Shown: positions 47,297 through 56,948 of the stretch, piece by piece
Position numbering within the stretch: the first letter of the stretch is position 1
How the letters are laid out: each line of letters opens with the position of its first letter
Source of the DNA: an uncultured virus (IMG/VR IMGVR_UViG_3300036823_000386)
Lineage: Duplodnaviria > Heunggongvirae > Uroviricota > Caudoviricetes
Virus record (IMG/VR): IMGVR_UViG_3300036823_000386
DNA length: 64,000 nt
Direction: 5' to 3' (one strand)
The notes under the pieces: model-generated
Database searches by the model: none
What the model was told of the DNA's origin: nothing
The model's input: only the letters and a program-made list of their open reading frames with translations
Made by a program: the position numbers and the translations under genes

Positions 47297-49530
47297 GCGG
47301 CTTGCTGCCAGAGCGGCAGATCGTCGAAGTCGGCAGGCGCCGACGAGCGATGGTCGGGGAGTACGATGGGCAAATCCGCGCTACCATTTGTCAGGAGCAT
47401 GGGCGTGGAAGGACATTCGAGAGGGATGATGGTTTCGGCGGCGGGTTCGTTATTCCAGGCGCGCATGGCGGCGGCGAGGCGCGTGCGGAGGGTGGGCCAT
47501 TCTTTGACGAGGTCCCGTTCGTCAATCAGTGACGACTGCATGTGGGCGAAGTCGGCGCGCGCGCTTTGGAGGAGTTCGGCGAGGTTGACTTCGTGGGGAT
47601 CTTCGCCGAGCAGGTGGCCGTCGAGGACGAGTTCGGTGGCGTCCTGCTTTTCCATGATGTTGCCTTCGAGACGGCGGTCAATCGTGCCATCGCACAGGAG
47701 GGAATACACATTGACGTCCTTGGTGGACGTGAGGCGGAGGATGCGCTTGATGGCCTGAAGAAATTTGTCCCACGCCCAGCTATAGGCGAGGAGGATGGCG
47801 TTGTTGCAGAGGTTGAAGCTGTGGCCTTCACTCATGGATTCGACGCCGGCGAGCATCACGGGGATCGCGCCCGCGGGACCGCGTTTGAACTGAGCGGCGG
47901 CGACTCCGCGTTTGGCGGGGCTGACGCGGCTATCCAGGACGACGTGACGGATGCCGGCTTCGTGGAGGCGCGCGCTAAGACAGTCGAGCGAATCATGGAA
48001 GGCGCTGAAGATGACGACTTGCTCGCCGCGCTCGAGGATCTGGGCGATGAGTGTGAGGGTGGCGGCAACTTTGGGAATGTAGGCGTGCGGACTGGCGGGC
48101 TGGCCGGGCGTGCGGTCCTTGTCGGACTCCGGGCGTTTTAGGAGCGCGCTGGCGGGATTGGCGGCGCAGATGCGCAGGGCCTGAAGGCGCGCGCCGATGG
48201 CTTCGCGGCCATTGATATCCAAATATTTTGCGTCAATGTGGAACTTGTAGGCGGCGGCTTGATGCAGGCCCATGGGAACGCGGATGACGTGGCGGACTTG
48301 TTTGACGACGTCTTCACCGCAGTCCTCAAAGCGGCGGCGGCAGATGAGGGGAGCCAGCAATTTCCAAAGGCGATGGATGTTGCAGACTTGCGGGGTGCGG
48401 CGGACGAAGCGGCCGCCTTTTTCCTGTTCACGGCTGAGGTTGCGTTCGGTGATGGAGAATTCGCCGGCGAAATCCTCCTGGCCGTCGCGACCGAAAGGAA
48501 AGCGCGGATGCGCGGCGTAGTGGCCGCCGGCGGCGGTGTGGGCGAGGAAGAAAATATCGGGCAAACGATTTTTGATGGGGGTGGCGGTCATGATCATGCG
48601 GTGGCGCGCATTGATCTGGCGGAAGCCGATGCCGATGTGGCTGGTGGCGCTTTTGATTTTCACGGCTTCATCGCCGACGAGAACGGCAAAGGTGTCGCAA
48701 CACAAATCGGCGAGGCTGGGGGAGTAAACGCATTTGACGGTGCGACCGGTGGTTTCGTCATCGCGAAAGCGGTCCACGTTTTGCGAGGCGGCCTCGTGTG
48801 CGTCCCGGGCGAGCCGGGCCTTGAGGAAGCGCTGTTGGGCGGGATCGAGATCGTTGAATTCCCTGGCGGGACGAGCGGCGATGAAGTTCTTGAGGTCGTA
48901 GTAAGCGTCATCGAGATCTTTGCAGCGTTGTTCGTTGCGGATATATTCTTTGCGCAGGGTGAGCCATTGGGCGTGGAGATGGGCGGCGGTTTCGTCGGGG
49001 GTGTTGGGACGGATCTCGAGCAGTTCGTAACATTTCGCGAGGCGGGTGACGCGGCTGGTGAAATAATCTTCGATTTCGCGCTCGGTGACGTTGAGCGCGG
49101 CGCAGGCGGCGGAGGGATCGGCGTGGTTGAACTTGGGGAAGGGGATGACGCCATTGCGCGTGAGTTCGGTGTAGGTGGTGAGATAATAGCCGGGCGGGAG
49201 GGTGCGGCGGCCGGTGCGGGGATCGAGCGAAGAGAGGCGCAGGAAAGTTTGTTGGCTGTCGAGCAGGGTGGGGCGGACTTTAAATTTATCGCGGCCTTCC
49301 TCGAGGATTTGCGTGTGCAGATCACCACTGGCGACGAGCAGGACGGGTTCCCTGGGGCAGACAGGTTTGACGGGAACGCCGGCGGCATCGCGGAGCAAGC
49401 CGACTTTGAGCAGGGGATAGACATAGGCCCAGATGCCTTTGCCGAGCCCGGCGTCCTGAGCGCAGATGGCGCCGGAGTCAGGGATGGCCATGCGGGAATA
49501 ATCTTCACGCTGGTAGTGGCGGAATTTCAT
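47293..49530 (-). CDS. SNF2-family helicase/ATPase with large insertion
   Basis: RHYQ, QDAGLGKG, GDEAVKIK, MTATPIKNR, SEGHSF, QAIKRILR. Confidence 0.8.
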   Translation of the reverse strand: MKFRHYQREDYSRMAIPDSGAICAQDAGLGKGIWAYVYPLLKVGLLRDAAGVPVKPVCPREPVLLVASGDLHTQILEEGRDKFKVRPTLLDSQQTFLRLSSLDPRTGRRTLPPGYYLTTYTELTRNGVIPFPKFNHADPSAACAALNVTEREIEDYFTSRVTRLAKCYELLEIRPNTPDETAAHLHAQWLTLRKEYIRNEQRCKDLDDAYYDLKNFIAARPAREFNDLDPAQQRFLKARLARDAHEAASQNVDRFRDDETTGRTVKCVYSPSLADLCCDTFAVLVGDEAVKIKSATSHIGIGFRQINARHRMIMTATPIKNRLPDIFFLAHTAAGGHYAAHPRFPFGRDGQEDFAGEFSITERNLSREQEKGGRFVRRTPQVCNIHRLWKLLAPLICRRRFEDCGEDVVKQVRHVIRVPMGLHQAAAYKFHIDAKYLDINGREAIGARLQALRICAANPASALLKRPESDKDRTPGQPASPHAYIPKVAATLTLIAQILERGEQVVIFSAFHDSLDCLSARLHEAGIRHVVLDSRVSPAKRGVAAAQFKRGPAGAIPVMLAGVESMSEGHSFNLCNNAILLAYSWAWDKFLQAIKRILRLTSTKDVNVYSLLCDGTIDRRLEGNIMEKQDATELVLDGHLLGEDPHEVNLAELLQSARADFAHMQSSLIDERDLVKEWPTLRTRLAAAMRAWNNEPAAETIIPLECPSTPMLLTNGSADLPIVLPDHRSSAPADFDDLPLWQQAA

Positions 49531-49775
49531 TTTGATGCGTGGTTGAGGCGGTTGCTGATGGTTGCGAGGTCTTTGGTGGTGGAATCAATTTCTGCGGCGA
49601 GCGCGGATTGCATGACGATTTCGAGCGTGAGGGCTTCTTTTAATTTATCGAAGCGGCGCTGGTCCTCGAAAGGGATGGCGGAGTTCCAATTCGCGATGAT
49701 GGTGTAAACGGCGAAGATAAGGACCGCCAAGACAAACAGGTTTATAAACCAATCAATGAGTTTTTGAGATTTCAT
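49527..49775 (-). CDS. Small single-TM protein
   Basis: WFINLFVLAVLIFAVYTII. Confidence 0.55.
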   Translation of the reverse strand: MKSQKLIDWFINLFVLAVLIFAVYTIIANWNSAIPFEDQRRFDKLKEALTLEIVMQSALAAEIDSTTKDLATISNRLNHASK

Positions 49776-49993
49776 TTTTGGTTGAATTGTTTTTCGCTCC
49801 AGCGCGAATATTCGGTGATCCAGTAAACGGCGCGACGACGGGCCTTGATGGTTTTGCGGTGGCCGATGCGGCAAAGGTTTTTGAAGCATTGGTCGGCTTT
49901 GCGTTGGGTCCGCCGCATTTGCGGACTGCGGCTTAAGCGGCGAATGCGGCCGTAGGATTGGAGGAAATCACCGGGAGTATAGGTTGGGTTCAT
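49772..49993 (-). CDS. Small basic hypothetical protein
   Basis: Overlap coupling with neighbour. Confidence 0.45.
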   Translation of the reverse strand: MNPTYTPGDFLQSYGRIRRLSRSPQMRRTQRKADQCFKNLCRIGHRKTIKARRRAVYWITEYSRWSEKQFNQK

Positions 49994-50009
49994 TTAGTTG
50001 GGCGGCGGC

Positions 50010-51749
50010 TCACACCGTCAGTTGTTCGATTTCATCGAGGAGTTTGAGGTTGTTTTGGTAGGCTTCGGGATTCACGCGGGCGACGTCGGGGACATCGGGA
50101 ATGAGGAAATGGCTGACGAGTTCCTGGAGGGTAAAGTCAATCGGACAATCGGAGGGCTCGCCGCTGGTGGCGAGTTCATCGCCGCGCAAGGGTTTGTCGG
50201 ACTGATTGGCGAGGCTGAGCTTCACGGTGGCGTCGCGCAAACGGCCTTCCATGAAGACGCGTTCGACGCCGTGCTCGTCGGTGATAAAAAACGCAAGTTC
50301 CTGTCCGTTCCATTGCACGTCGTCGAGCAGGCCGATGAGATTGGTTTTTGTGCCGCTGCGCTGGACCTGGATCGTGGCGCTGCGGAGTTTGTATTGGCGG
50401 TCGGCGAGGAACACGGCGGGAGAATTATTTTGGCCGGGCGTGAGGCGCAAGGTGTGTTCGCAGAGGACGTGGTCCTGTTCGTCGAGGTAGCCAAGGCGCT
50501 GGATGGGGGAAAGTTCGTAGAGCGGTGCGCGGCAAATGCTGTATTGCTCGATGGCCTCGCGCACAGCGGATTGCAACTTGGGATCCACGCGCCAGATGTT
50601 GCCGAAGGCGGCTTGTTCCAACGCGCGGCGATGGGCGCGCTGGATGACGAGTTCCATCGGGTGTTTGCCGTTGAGTTCAAAAAGCGCGTTGGCTTGTTCG
50701 GCGAGGACGCGCGAACTGGCGGTATCGAAGAGCGAAACATTGGTGGCGATGAGGCCGTTGGCGGTGAGCCAGAGATTGTAGCGGATGAAATTGCCGGTGC
50801 GCTCGGTGGGATAGAGGCGTTCCCATTCGTCACGCACGGCGATCCATTTGGACGTAGTGATTTCGACGCGGTGATTGTACGATTTTATTTCGTGGCCGTC
50901 GCGGAGCTGAAGGCGGTCGCGCTGCAAGGTTTCGCAAACGAGGGTCGCGGAGTGCAGGTCGGCCAATGGCGCCGGCGGGATGGAGCGCAGGAGCGGGGAG
51001 CTGGACGGCGGCAGGCCGCTGCTGTGGTCGCGCGCGAAGTAGATGACGCCGGTCTGAAATGCGGACTGCGGGTCGGCAAGCGCCGACGGGCGATTCTGAG
51101 AGGTGCTGGTGCAGATGTTTCCCTCGATGGCAAGGTGAGCCCAGATGTGTTCGGCAAGGGCGGCGTGCGGGGCGTTGGGGCTGAGGATGAGGCGTTGGAG
51201 GGTGGATTCGTTGCCGATGAGCAGGCCTTCACCGCAACGGCTCAAGAGGTCGAGCGCGATGCAGAGAGTGGCAACCGTGCTGTCTATGGTATCGCGGCCG
51301 CAACGGCCATCGTGATTGGCGAAGGCGGCGCGCACGGCAGGGAGTTCGCTGGTGGTGAGCAATTTCAGTCGCGAGCGGTAGAGATGCAAATCCCAGGGAG
51401 GATTGAGGACAATGCAATCGGCGCAAAAATCAATGGCGCGCGCGAGGGGATGAAGCAGGGCAAGATCGCCGGTGATGCGTTGGAGGGAAATGGCGCCGCT
51501 GGTATCTTCGCACGGGTCAATGTCGCAACCGAGGAGATGATTGGTGCTGCCGCGGGCGGCGCCGCGCAGGAGATGGCCGCTGCCGCAATTCAGGTCGAGC
51601 AGGACAGGGCGAAAACGCGGGAGCGGAATGGCGAGAGCTTGCGCCCACGGAACCGGCGTGAAGTATTGGGCTTGGCCTTTGTCGCCGGCGTTCGAGGCGC
51701 TCTCCAGGAATTGCTGATAGATGGCGGGGTTGATGTTGGTTTTTTGCAT
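50010..51749 (-). CDS. Amino-(N6A/N4C) DNA methyltransferase with C-terminal extension
   Basis: AQYFTP, LDLNCGSG, GCDID, VLNPPW. Confidence 0.75.
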   Translation of the reverse strand: MQKTNINPAIYQQFLESASNAGDKGQAQYFTPVPWAQALAIPLPRFRPVLLDLNCGSGHLLRGAARGSTNHLLGCDIDPCEDTSGAISLQRITGDLALLHPLARAIDFCADCIVLNPPWDLHLYRSRLKLLTTSELPAVRAAFANHDGRCGRDTIDSTVATLCIALDLLSRCGEGLLIGNESTLQRLILSPNAPHAALAEHIWAHLAIEGNICTSTSQNRPSALADPQSAFQTGVIYFARDHSSGLPPSSSPLLRSIPPAPLADLHSATLVCETLQRDRLQLRDGHEIKSYNHRVEITTSKWIAVRDEWERLYPTERTGNFIRYNLWLTANGLIATNVSLFDTASSRVLAEQANALFELNGKHPMELVIQRAHRRALEQAAFGNIWRVDPKLQSAVREAIEQYSICRAPLYELSPIQRLGYLDEQDHVLCEHTLRLTPGQNNSPAVFLADRQYKLRSATIQVQRSGTKTNLIGLLDDVQWNGQELAFFITDEHGVERVFMEGRLRDATVKLSLANQSDKPLRGDELATSGEPSDCPIDFTLQELVSHFLIPDVPDVARVNPEAYQNNLKLLDEIEQLTV

Positions 51750-51755
51750 AAAAAA

Positions 51756-52085
51756 TTAGCTGAAATTTTCTTCGACCCATTTTCTCCATGAAAAACCGCA
51801 TCGGCAGTTGGGCCACTTGCGATAGCGTTTGCGCCAGTCAAAATTCATGTCGGCTGGATCGCCGCATTTCGGGCAGCAAGGAACTTCGATGGTTACACGG
51901 CTTCCAGGGGGCATTTGTCTTGCGTCTAGTTCGAGTTTAAGAACCTCTCCGTCTTCAGAATCTCCCTCCTTGGGATACGAGGTCATCCAACGTGGGCGAT
52001 GGAGATTCGAGTTCTTTCCGTCGTAGGTGTCGGGCTCTTGGCGAAAGGTTTGGCGTTCCACATAACGCAGTTCTTTTTTATTCAT
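51756..52085 (-). CDS. Zn-ribbon hypothetical protein
   Basis: CPKC...CRCG. Confidence 0.55.
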   Translation of the reverse strand: MNKKELRYVERQTFRQEPDTYDGKNSNLHRPRWMTSYPKEGDSEDGEVLKLELDARQMPPGSRVTIEVPCCPKCGDPADMNFDWRKRYRKWPNCRCGFSWRKWVEENFS

Positions 52086-52519
52086 AGTTCGAGTGGTTTT
52101 GGGTTGCCGTTTGCGTCCAGGATGGGAGAGAAAGGATGGTGATAGAAAAAGACGCCTTGGCGGCCGGTGAACGGGATGGGCTCGTCGAGGAGTTGTTGAT
52201 CGCGGAGATGCCAGTGGAAGGCATCGGCCACGCCCCAGCCGCAGGGGGATTCAACAGCGGAATATTTGCAGTCAAAAACTTCCACCATGCCAATGATGGC
52301 GCCGAAGGCGAGGTCATCCGGGACGGCGAGCTTGTGGCGGACATTGAGCAGCTCGAGAACGCTGGCGACGTCCCGGGTGGTTTTGCTGGCGTGGATGAGC
52401 AGGCGGCCGCGATAGCGGAATGGGCGGCGGCGGTTCTCAATGCCTTTGCCGTGGAAGATGGCCCAGGCCCATGGTTGCCACACGCTGATGCAGCGATACG
52501 TTCCGGGAGCGAGTTTCAT
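52082..52519 (-). CDS. ASCH domain protein
   Basis: ISVWQPWAWAIFHGKGIENR...YRGRLLIHAS...GAIIG...GRQG. Confidence 0.9.
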   Translation of the reverse strand: MKLAPGTYRCISVWQPWAWAIFHGKGIENRRRPFRYRGRLLIHASKTTRDVASVLELLNVRHKLAVPDDLAFGAIIGMVEVFDCKYSAVESPCGWGVADAFHWHLRDQQLLDEPIPFTGRQGVFFYHHPFSPILDANGNPKPLEL

Positions 52520-52717
52520 TCAATGATCGAGTTGGCGGAGTTCTTCGCGGGTGGCGGCGGCTTTGGTGAGCCACTCGGAGCTTTTCAGGGATTCACCCAT
52601 TTGGATCTCGTGATCGAGGCGGCCGCACAAATGTTTGATTTGGTCCTTTTTCGCTTTGGCGCGAGCGCGGTAAAGACGTTGTTTTTCGACCGGAACTTTA
52701 GGAGCGGTTTTATTCAT
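52520..52717 (-). CDS. Small coiled-coil hypothetical protein
   Basis: Fills gap between DUF4326-like and ASCH genes. Confidence 0.5.
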   Translation of the reverse strand: MNKTAPKVPVEKQRLYRARAKAKKDQIKHLCGRLDHEIQMGESLKSSEWLTKAAATREELRQLDH

Positions 52718-53052
52718 TTGGAGTTGGCAATCTTGAGGAGGACGTCGGCGTGGCAGGGCGCGCCAGGCTTGCACCAGCAGGCGAGATTTTTGCCGCGGAG
52801 TTCGCGGCGGATGCGCACCCGGAACTCCGGGTCATGCTCAATCTGGATACGAAAACGGTTCACGGCGGCCTCGGGCGTGGTGCACATATGCCAGGCGTCC
52901 ATCATGGTCGTTAATGGTCCGGCGAGCGGATCTGCGGGAACGACGCGATGGGGATTTCCCCAAGGTGTGGTGCGGTCCACCTTCACGGTGTTGGGCGGCA
53001 TGCGCCAGCCTTTGGTGCGGCGGAGTTGGATGCGGCTGGGTGTTGTGCGCAT
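52714..53052 (-). CDS. DUF4326-like protein
   Basis: KVDRTTPWGNP...LRGKNLACWC...CHADVLL. Confidence 0.85.
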   Translation of the reverse strand: MRTTPSRIQLRRTKGWRMPPNTVKVDRTTPWGNPHRVVPADPLAGPLTTMMDAWHMCTTPEAAVNRFRIQIEHDPEFRVRIRRELRGKNLACWCKPGAPCHADVLLKIANSK

Positions 53053-53054
53053 GA

Positions 53055-54095
53055 TTATTTTGAGAGGAGAGTTTTGAAGCGCTCGATCTCTGACCACGGG
53101 AAAACGGTGCAGCCGATGGTGACGCCGTTGGTGGGGTGGATCTCTTTGAATTCAAAGTTCTCCACTTTGGTTCCCCGGCCGTGCTGAGCTTTCCAAGCTT
53201 TTTTGCGGAACTTAGCGGCGAAACTCAAAGCTTTGCGCGCGGCAGCAAGCGCGACGCTGTTGCCGTTACTAACTTCAAGGCGCTGGCCATTGATGCGGAT
53301 GCGAATGGTGGAGAAGTGCTGCCGTATGTCTTCGCCCGCGATCCAGCGATCGAGATTATTTTCGATGGCGGCTTGCCGATTAGCCTCAAAAGCGACAAAA
53401 TCTTTGTCGTCCATCGTGCGGCTAATGGCGTCGTGTTTCCTCTTGATGAGATCCCGCAGAATATCGAGATCGAAATGACGCCAAACATCACTGGTGGTTC
53501 CAGAAGCACCGATAGCGATTTGGATTTCGTCAAGCTGCAACAATTCCCGGGCGGCAGAGATACGTTTTTCAAAAACGCTGCGAAGGTCGTCGTATTCCTT
53601 GCGCTTGGCCATCAGCTCGTCGTGGGTGATGCGAAAGCGGCGGCCACTGACGGTTTGTTCTTCGTGCTGAACGGTGCAGGCGATGAGGGATTTTTTACCG
53701 TCGTTGAAACTGGTCACGGAAACCAGATGCCCTTGCCACGTGAATTGACTGCCGATGGCCAATCGTTCGGGAGTTTTGGTTTTTTCCGCCCAGAGCCAGG
53801 GAACACGTCCAAAATACTTTTCAAAGGCGATGGCGGCGGAAAGATTGTAGGAGCCGCTTTCGCCACCGCAGGCCAGGGCATAGGTGCCTTCCTCATAGCA
53901 AAGCCAATAATGCATGCGAGCATGGGCGCTGAGATATTGAATATCGTTCTCATCAAAGCGCATTCCGCTGCGAACGGAGTTTCTTAATGCGGAATAGAGT
54001 GCGTTATTGAAGCGTCGGTGCGATTGGCGGGGAGCGTTATGCGACACGTGCATGACGTGGGCGAGCGCGGGGGATTGTGAGCGTTTAGATTTCAT
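53055..54095 (-). CDS. Hypothetical phage protein
   Basis: C-terminal LEVSNG...VTIGCTVFPWSEIERF; ATG 54095. Confidence 0.55.
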   Translation of the reverse strand: MKSKRSQSPALAHVMHVSHNAPRQSHRRFNNALYSALRNSVRSGMRFDENDIQYLSAHARMHYWLCYEEGTYALACGGESGSYNLSAAIAFEKYFGRVPWLWAEKTKTPERLAIGSQFTWQGHLVSVTSFNDGKKSLIACTVQHEEQTVSGRRFRITHDELMAKRKEYDDLRSVFEKRISAARELLQLDEIQIAIGASGTTSDVWRHFDLDILRDLIKRKHDAISRTMDDKDFVAFEANRQAAIENNLDRWIAGEDIRQHFSTIRIRINGQRLEVSNGNSVALAAARKALSFAAKFRKKAWKAQHGRGTKVENFEFKEIHPTNGVTIGCTVFPWSEIERFKTLLSK

Positions 54096-54438
54096 AATTG
54101 TCGAGGGGGAGTTCTTTTTCGGGCCGGACGATGGGTGGCAACCACCAGCCATCGGTGCGTTGTTCAAAGGACATTTTGCGGAGCCATGGTTCACTTTGCT
54201 CGGTGCCTTGCTGGGTGATAAAAGTCGAATCGGGATAGCCGCCGCGAAGGGCGAGAAACATTTTTGTGAGATATCCCCGCCGCCGCATTGTCGGATGAAC
54301 GTAGCAATGGAGGATTTCAATATAATTTCCCATTACTATGCGGTAGTAGAGATAGCCGATCGGCGCGGCCCATTCTGGCAGCACCGCAAAGACCGCGCTC
54401 GTACCCGGGATGACGGATTGAGTAAAGAATGGTTTCAT
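54085..54438 (-). CDS. GNAT acetyltransferase
   Basis: YVHPTMRRRGY acetyl-CoA motif A; WLRKMSF. Confidence 0.7.
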   Translation of the reverse strand: MKPFFTQSVIPGTSAVFAVLPEWAAPIGYLYYRIVMGNYIEILHCYVHPTMRRRGYLTKMFLALRGGYPDSTFITQQGTEQSEPWLRKMSFEQRTDGWWLPPIVRPEKELPLDNYEI

Positions 54439-55427
54439 TTCGGCCAGGCGGAGATTTTGGACCAGTGGATTTCGAACCACGATTTGTCCCAGTGACCGGT
54501 CGCGAGCGATTTATCAGGCCAGAGGTGCAGGACGTTGTCGGGAATGCCGTGATACACTTGCGCGAGGGATTGAAATGCGCCGAGTTGCTCTTGGGCGTAG
54601 CGCTTCCACAATTCGCGCGTGGCGAAGACTTCGGTATTTATTTTCGCGCCGAGGCTTTGAGCATGGGCCTCGATGCGTTTCACGTTGTCGGCGCGGATGT
54701 TGATCGGCTCCATGAAGATGGTCACGGGGTCGAGTTCTTTGACGGCTTTCAGCGTGCGGGACATATCCACCATGTCGCAATCGGGATAGACGGGTGCGAC
54801 GGCGACGAAAACGTGAAGGCCAAGTTCCTTGGCGGCGCGGAGCGTTGCGAGGCGTTGAGTTGGCGCGGGGGCTTTGGGTTCGTAAATTTTGGCGAGGCGA
54901 TTGTCCAGCGTGGGAATCGACATGCCGAACAGGAGGCGTTTGCCAAAGCATTTGAACAGGTCAAAGTCTTCGCGCGCGAGGGGCGAGCGGGTGAGGATGC
55001 GGACGTTGAGCGTGGATCCATCGAGGATTTCGCGGAGGGCTTCGCGCACGAGCGTGCGGCGCTGCGCCTGCATGTCTTTGGGGAGGACTTGATACGGGTC
55101 GGTGGTGGTGCAGAGCATGACGGCGCGATTGCCGTCGGGCGCGAGCTGGTCCACCGGGGTTTCCTGGGCCTTGTGGAGCGAGTTGAGGAAAACCGATTTA
55201 TCCCACGTGCGCGGGAAGACGTATTCGCCCCATTGCGCGTCGGGATCGGTGACGCCGTAGGTTTCGAGTTTGCCGGCCATGCGGTTGGTGGAGACTTCGG
55301 GCACGTAGCAAAAACGGCAGGCATGCTCGCAACCGACGGCGATGTTGTAGGACCAGTTCGAGAGCGACTTGAACTTGAAGTTGTTCGGCTCGATGGTCGC
55401 GGGGCGGTTCCAGATTTTGGTGATCAT
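54435..55427 (-). CDS. Radical SAM protein (spore-photoproduct-lyase-like)
   Basis: GCEHACRFCY; TTTDPYQ; ILTRSPL; YEPKAP. Confidence 0.85.
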   Translation of the reverse strand: MITKIWNRPATIEPNNFKFKSLSNWSYNIAVGCEHACRFCYVPEVSTNRMAGKLETYGVTDPDAQWGEYVFPRTWDKSVFLNSLHKAQETPVDQLAPDGNRAVMLCTTTDPYQVLPKDMQAQRRTLVREALREILDGSTLNVRILTRSPLAREDFDLFKCFGKRLLFGMSIPTLDNRLAKIYEPKAPAPTQRLATLRAAKELGLHVFVAVAPVYPDCDMVDMSRTLKAVKELDPVTIFMEPINIRADNVKRIEAHAQSLGAKINTEVFATRELWKRYAQEQLGAFQSLAQVYHGIPDNVLHLWPDKSLATGHWDKSWFEIHWSKISAWPK

Positions 55428-55849
55428 TTGAGGTTGGTGGTGCAGCCGAGGCGGGTGAGGGCGGCGGCGAATTCCTCGGTAACGGATTCGCCCACGACGA
55501 GGAGGAGGACAACTTTGAGATTTTTGAACGTGAGACTGGTGTAGGACCAAGTCTGGTGATGTTCGTGCATGGCTTCGAAAATCCTGCGCACGGGAGTCTC
55601 CAGGGTGATCAGGAAGCGCTCGCTTTGATTCAGTGGAAGTTTCGCAACGTGACTGTGCAGGAATGGACCAACTTCGCGGAGCGCCTTGGAACCGATCATG
55701 ACGACCGCGACGCCGGTGGCCTTAGACTCGAATGGCAGAGCGCGACGGACAAGGCTGACACGGTCGAGACCGTTGGCGGTCGCGACATCCACAAGCAGCG
55801 GGACGGTGGGTTCGATATGGGATTGGTCAACGAAATCGGTTGGTTTCAT
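55424..55849 (-). CDS. Hypothetical protein
   Basis: Coupled in - operon. Confidence 0.5.
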   Translation of the reverse strand: MKPTDFVDQSHIEPTVPLLVDVATANGLDRVSLVRRALPFESKATGVAVVMIGSKALREVGPFLHSHVAKLPLNQSERFLITLETPVRRIFEAMHEHHQTWSYTSLTFKNLKVVLLLVVGESVTEEFAAALTRLGCTTNLK

Positions 55850-55852
55850 AAA

Positions 55853-56176
55853 TCAGGATTCAAATTTGCAGCGGCGGGAATTTGGAATTTTGTCGAGGCC
55901 GGCTTCGACCCACATGGTTTCGCGGTCGGTCCAATCGCGCGGATGGGCGATGGCGTGGTAGGCGAGTTCGCGCGCCTGTGGTTGCATGGATTTTACAACG
56001 GTGCCGAAAGCGACCGCGACTTGCGGCCGCCGATCGTACGCGTAAAGTTCAGCGATTTGGACGGCGGCCTGGAGCGCCCGGGCATCCGTGCCGGTGAGGA
56101 CGCCAAGGCAGTTTTTACCAAGGTTAGCGCGCAGCCATGGAAAGACGGTGGCGGCATAAGGTTTGGAGGTGCTCAT
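55853..56176 (-). CDS. Hypothetical protein
   Basis: ATG 56176, 4 nt after ThiF stop. Confidence 0.55.
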   Translation of the reverse strand: MSTSKPYAATVFPWLRANLGKNCLGVLTGTDARALQAAVQIAELYAYDRRPQVAVAFGTVVKSMQPQARELAYHAIAHPRDWTDRETMWVEAGLDKIPNSRRCKFES

Positions 56177-56180
56177 AGTT

Positions 56181-56948
56181 TTATGCGGGTTTTCCGCCAA
56201 AGATTTCAGCCAGCGTTTTGCCGGGTGGTGGTTGAGGGACGAGAATGGGGCGGACGTTGCCGGTTTCGAGGTTGATGAAATAGCCTTGATGATAGGTTTC
56301 ACCATGGCGCAGGAAGGACCAGAGGAGTTGCAAAGCCCACGTGGCCACGCTTTGGTTGATGAACAGGTCCTGGCGTTCCAATGCTGCGGCGAGGCTGCAA
56401 CTGGGCGTGGTGTTGTCCTCCTTGACTTTGCCGCGGTTGAGTTCGGGAAAGATTTCGAGGACGGTGCGCGGGCGCGTGTGATCGCCTTTGTTGTGGTACC
56501 ATTTGGGCGCGCCGAGGATGACCTGGCCGGTACGATCGCGATTGCCTAAATCGAGCCAGTAGTGAAAGTGGTTGCGGCTGATCGCGCGGCGGCTGGTGAT
56601 GGTATCCACGCAGCCGATGACGATGTGCGGCTGCAAAGTTCCGCCGTCCGACATCCTGGGCACGGCTGTCCAGCCGAGACCATAGTAACAATTCAGCCGA
56701 TGAATCAGGACGGAAGCTTTGTTTTGTCCGATGTCCGAAGGGCTGAAAAGCTGGCGGCCGACATTGGCTTCGGAAACAGAATCGCCATCAAACGCGATGA
56801 CTTTGAGGCCGGGATGGCCGAGGGATTGAAGGGCGATGTGCATGCGGGCAAGGCCATTTAGCATTTGCGAGCCGTTGCCTCCGCAACCGACCAAGTCAAT
56901 GCTCACCTGCGCGCCGACCAAATCTTTGTGGAGTTTATGAGGAATCAT
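56181..56948 (-). CDS. PRTRC system ThiF/E1-like enzyme
   Basis: LVGCGGNGS, DGDSVSEANVGRQ, IGCVD, YWLDLGN, TPSCSLAAALERQDLFIN. Confidence 0.9.
   Translation of the reverse strand: MIPHKLHKDLVGAQVSIDLVGCGGNGSQMLNGLARMHIALQSLGHPGLKVIAFDGDSVSEANVGRQLFSPSDIGQNKASVLIHRLNCYYGLGWTAVPRMSDGGTLQPHIVIGCVDTITSRRAISRNHFHYWLDLGNRDRTGQVILGAPKWYHNKGDHTRPRTVLEIFPELNRGKVKEDNTTPSCSLAAALERQDLFINQSVATWALQLLWSFLRHGETYHQGYFINLETGNVRPILVPQPPPGKTLAEIFGGKPA

Noticed and set aside
49998..51791. 597-aa + strand ORF, and similar long antisense ORFs (11739..13082, 21104..22615, 48238..49707, 61779..63149)
   Set aside because: Shadows of motif-bearing genes on the opposite strand; expected in GC-rich DNA; no recognisable motifs
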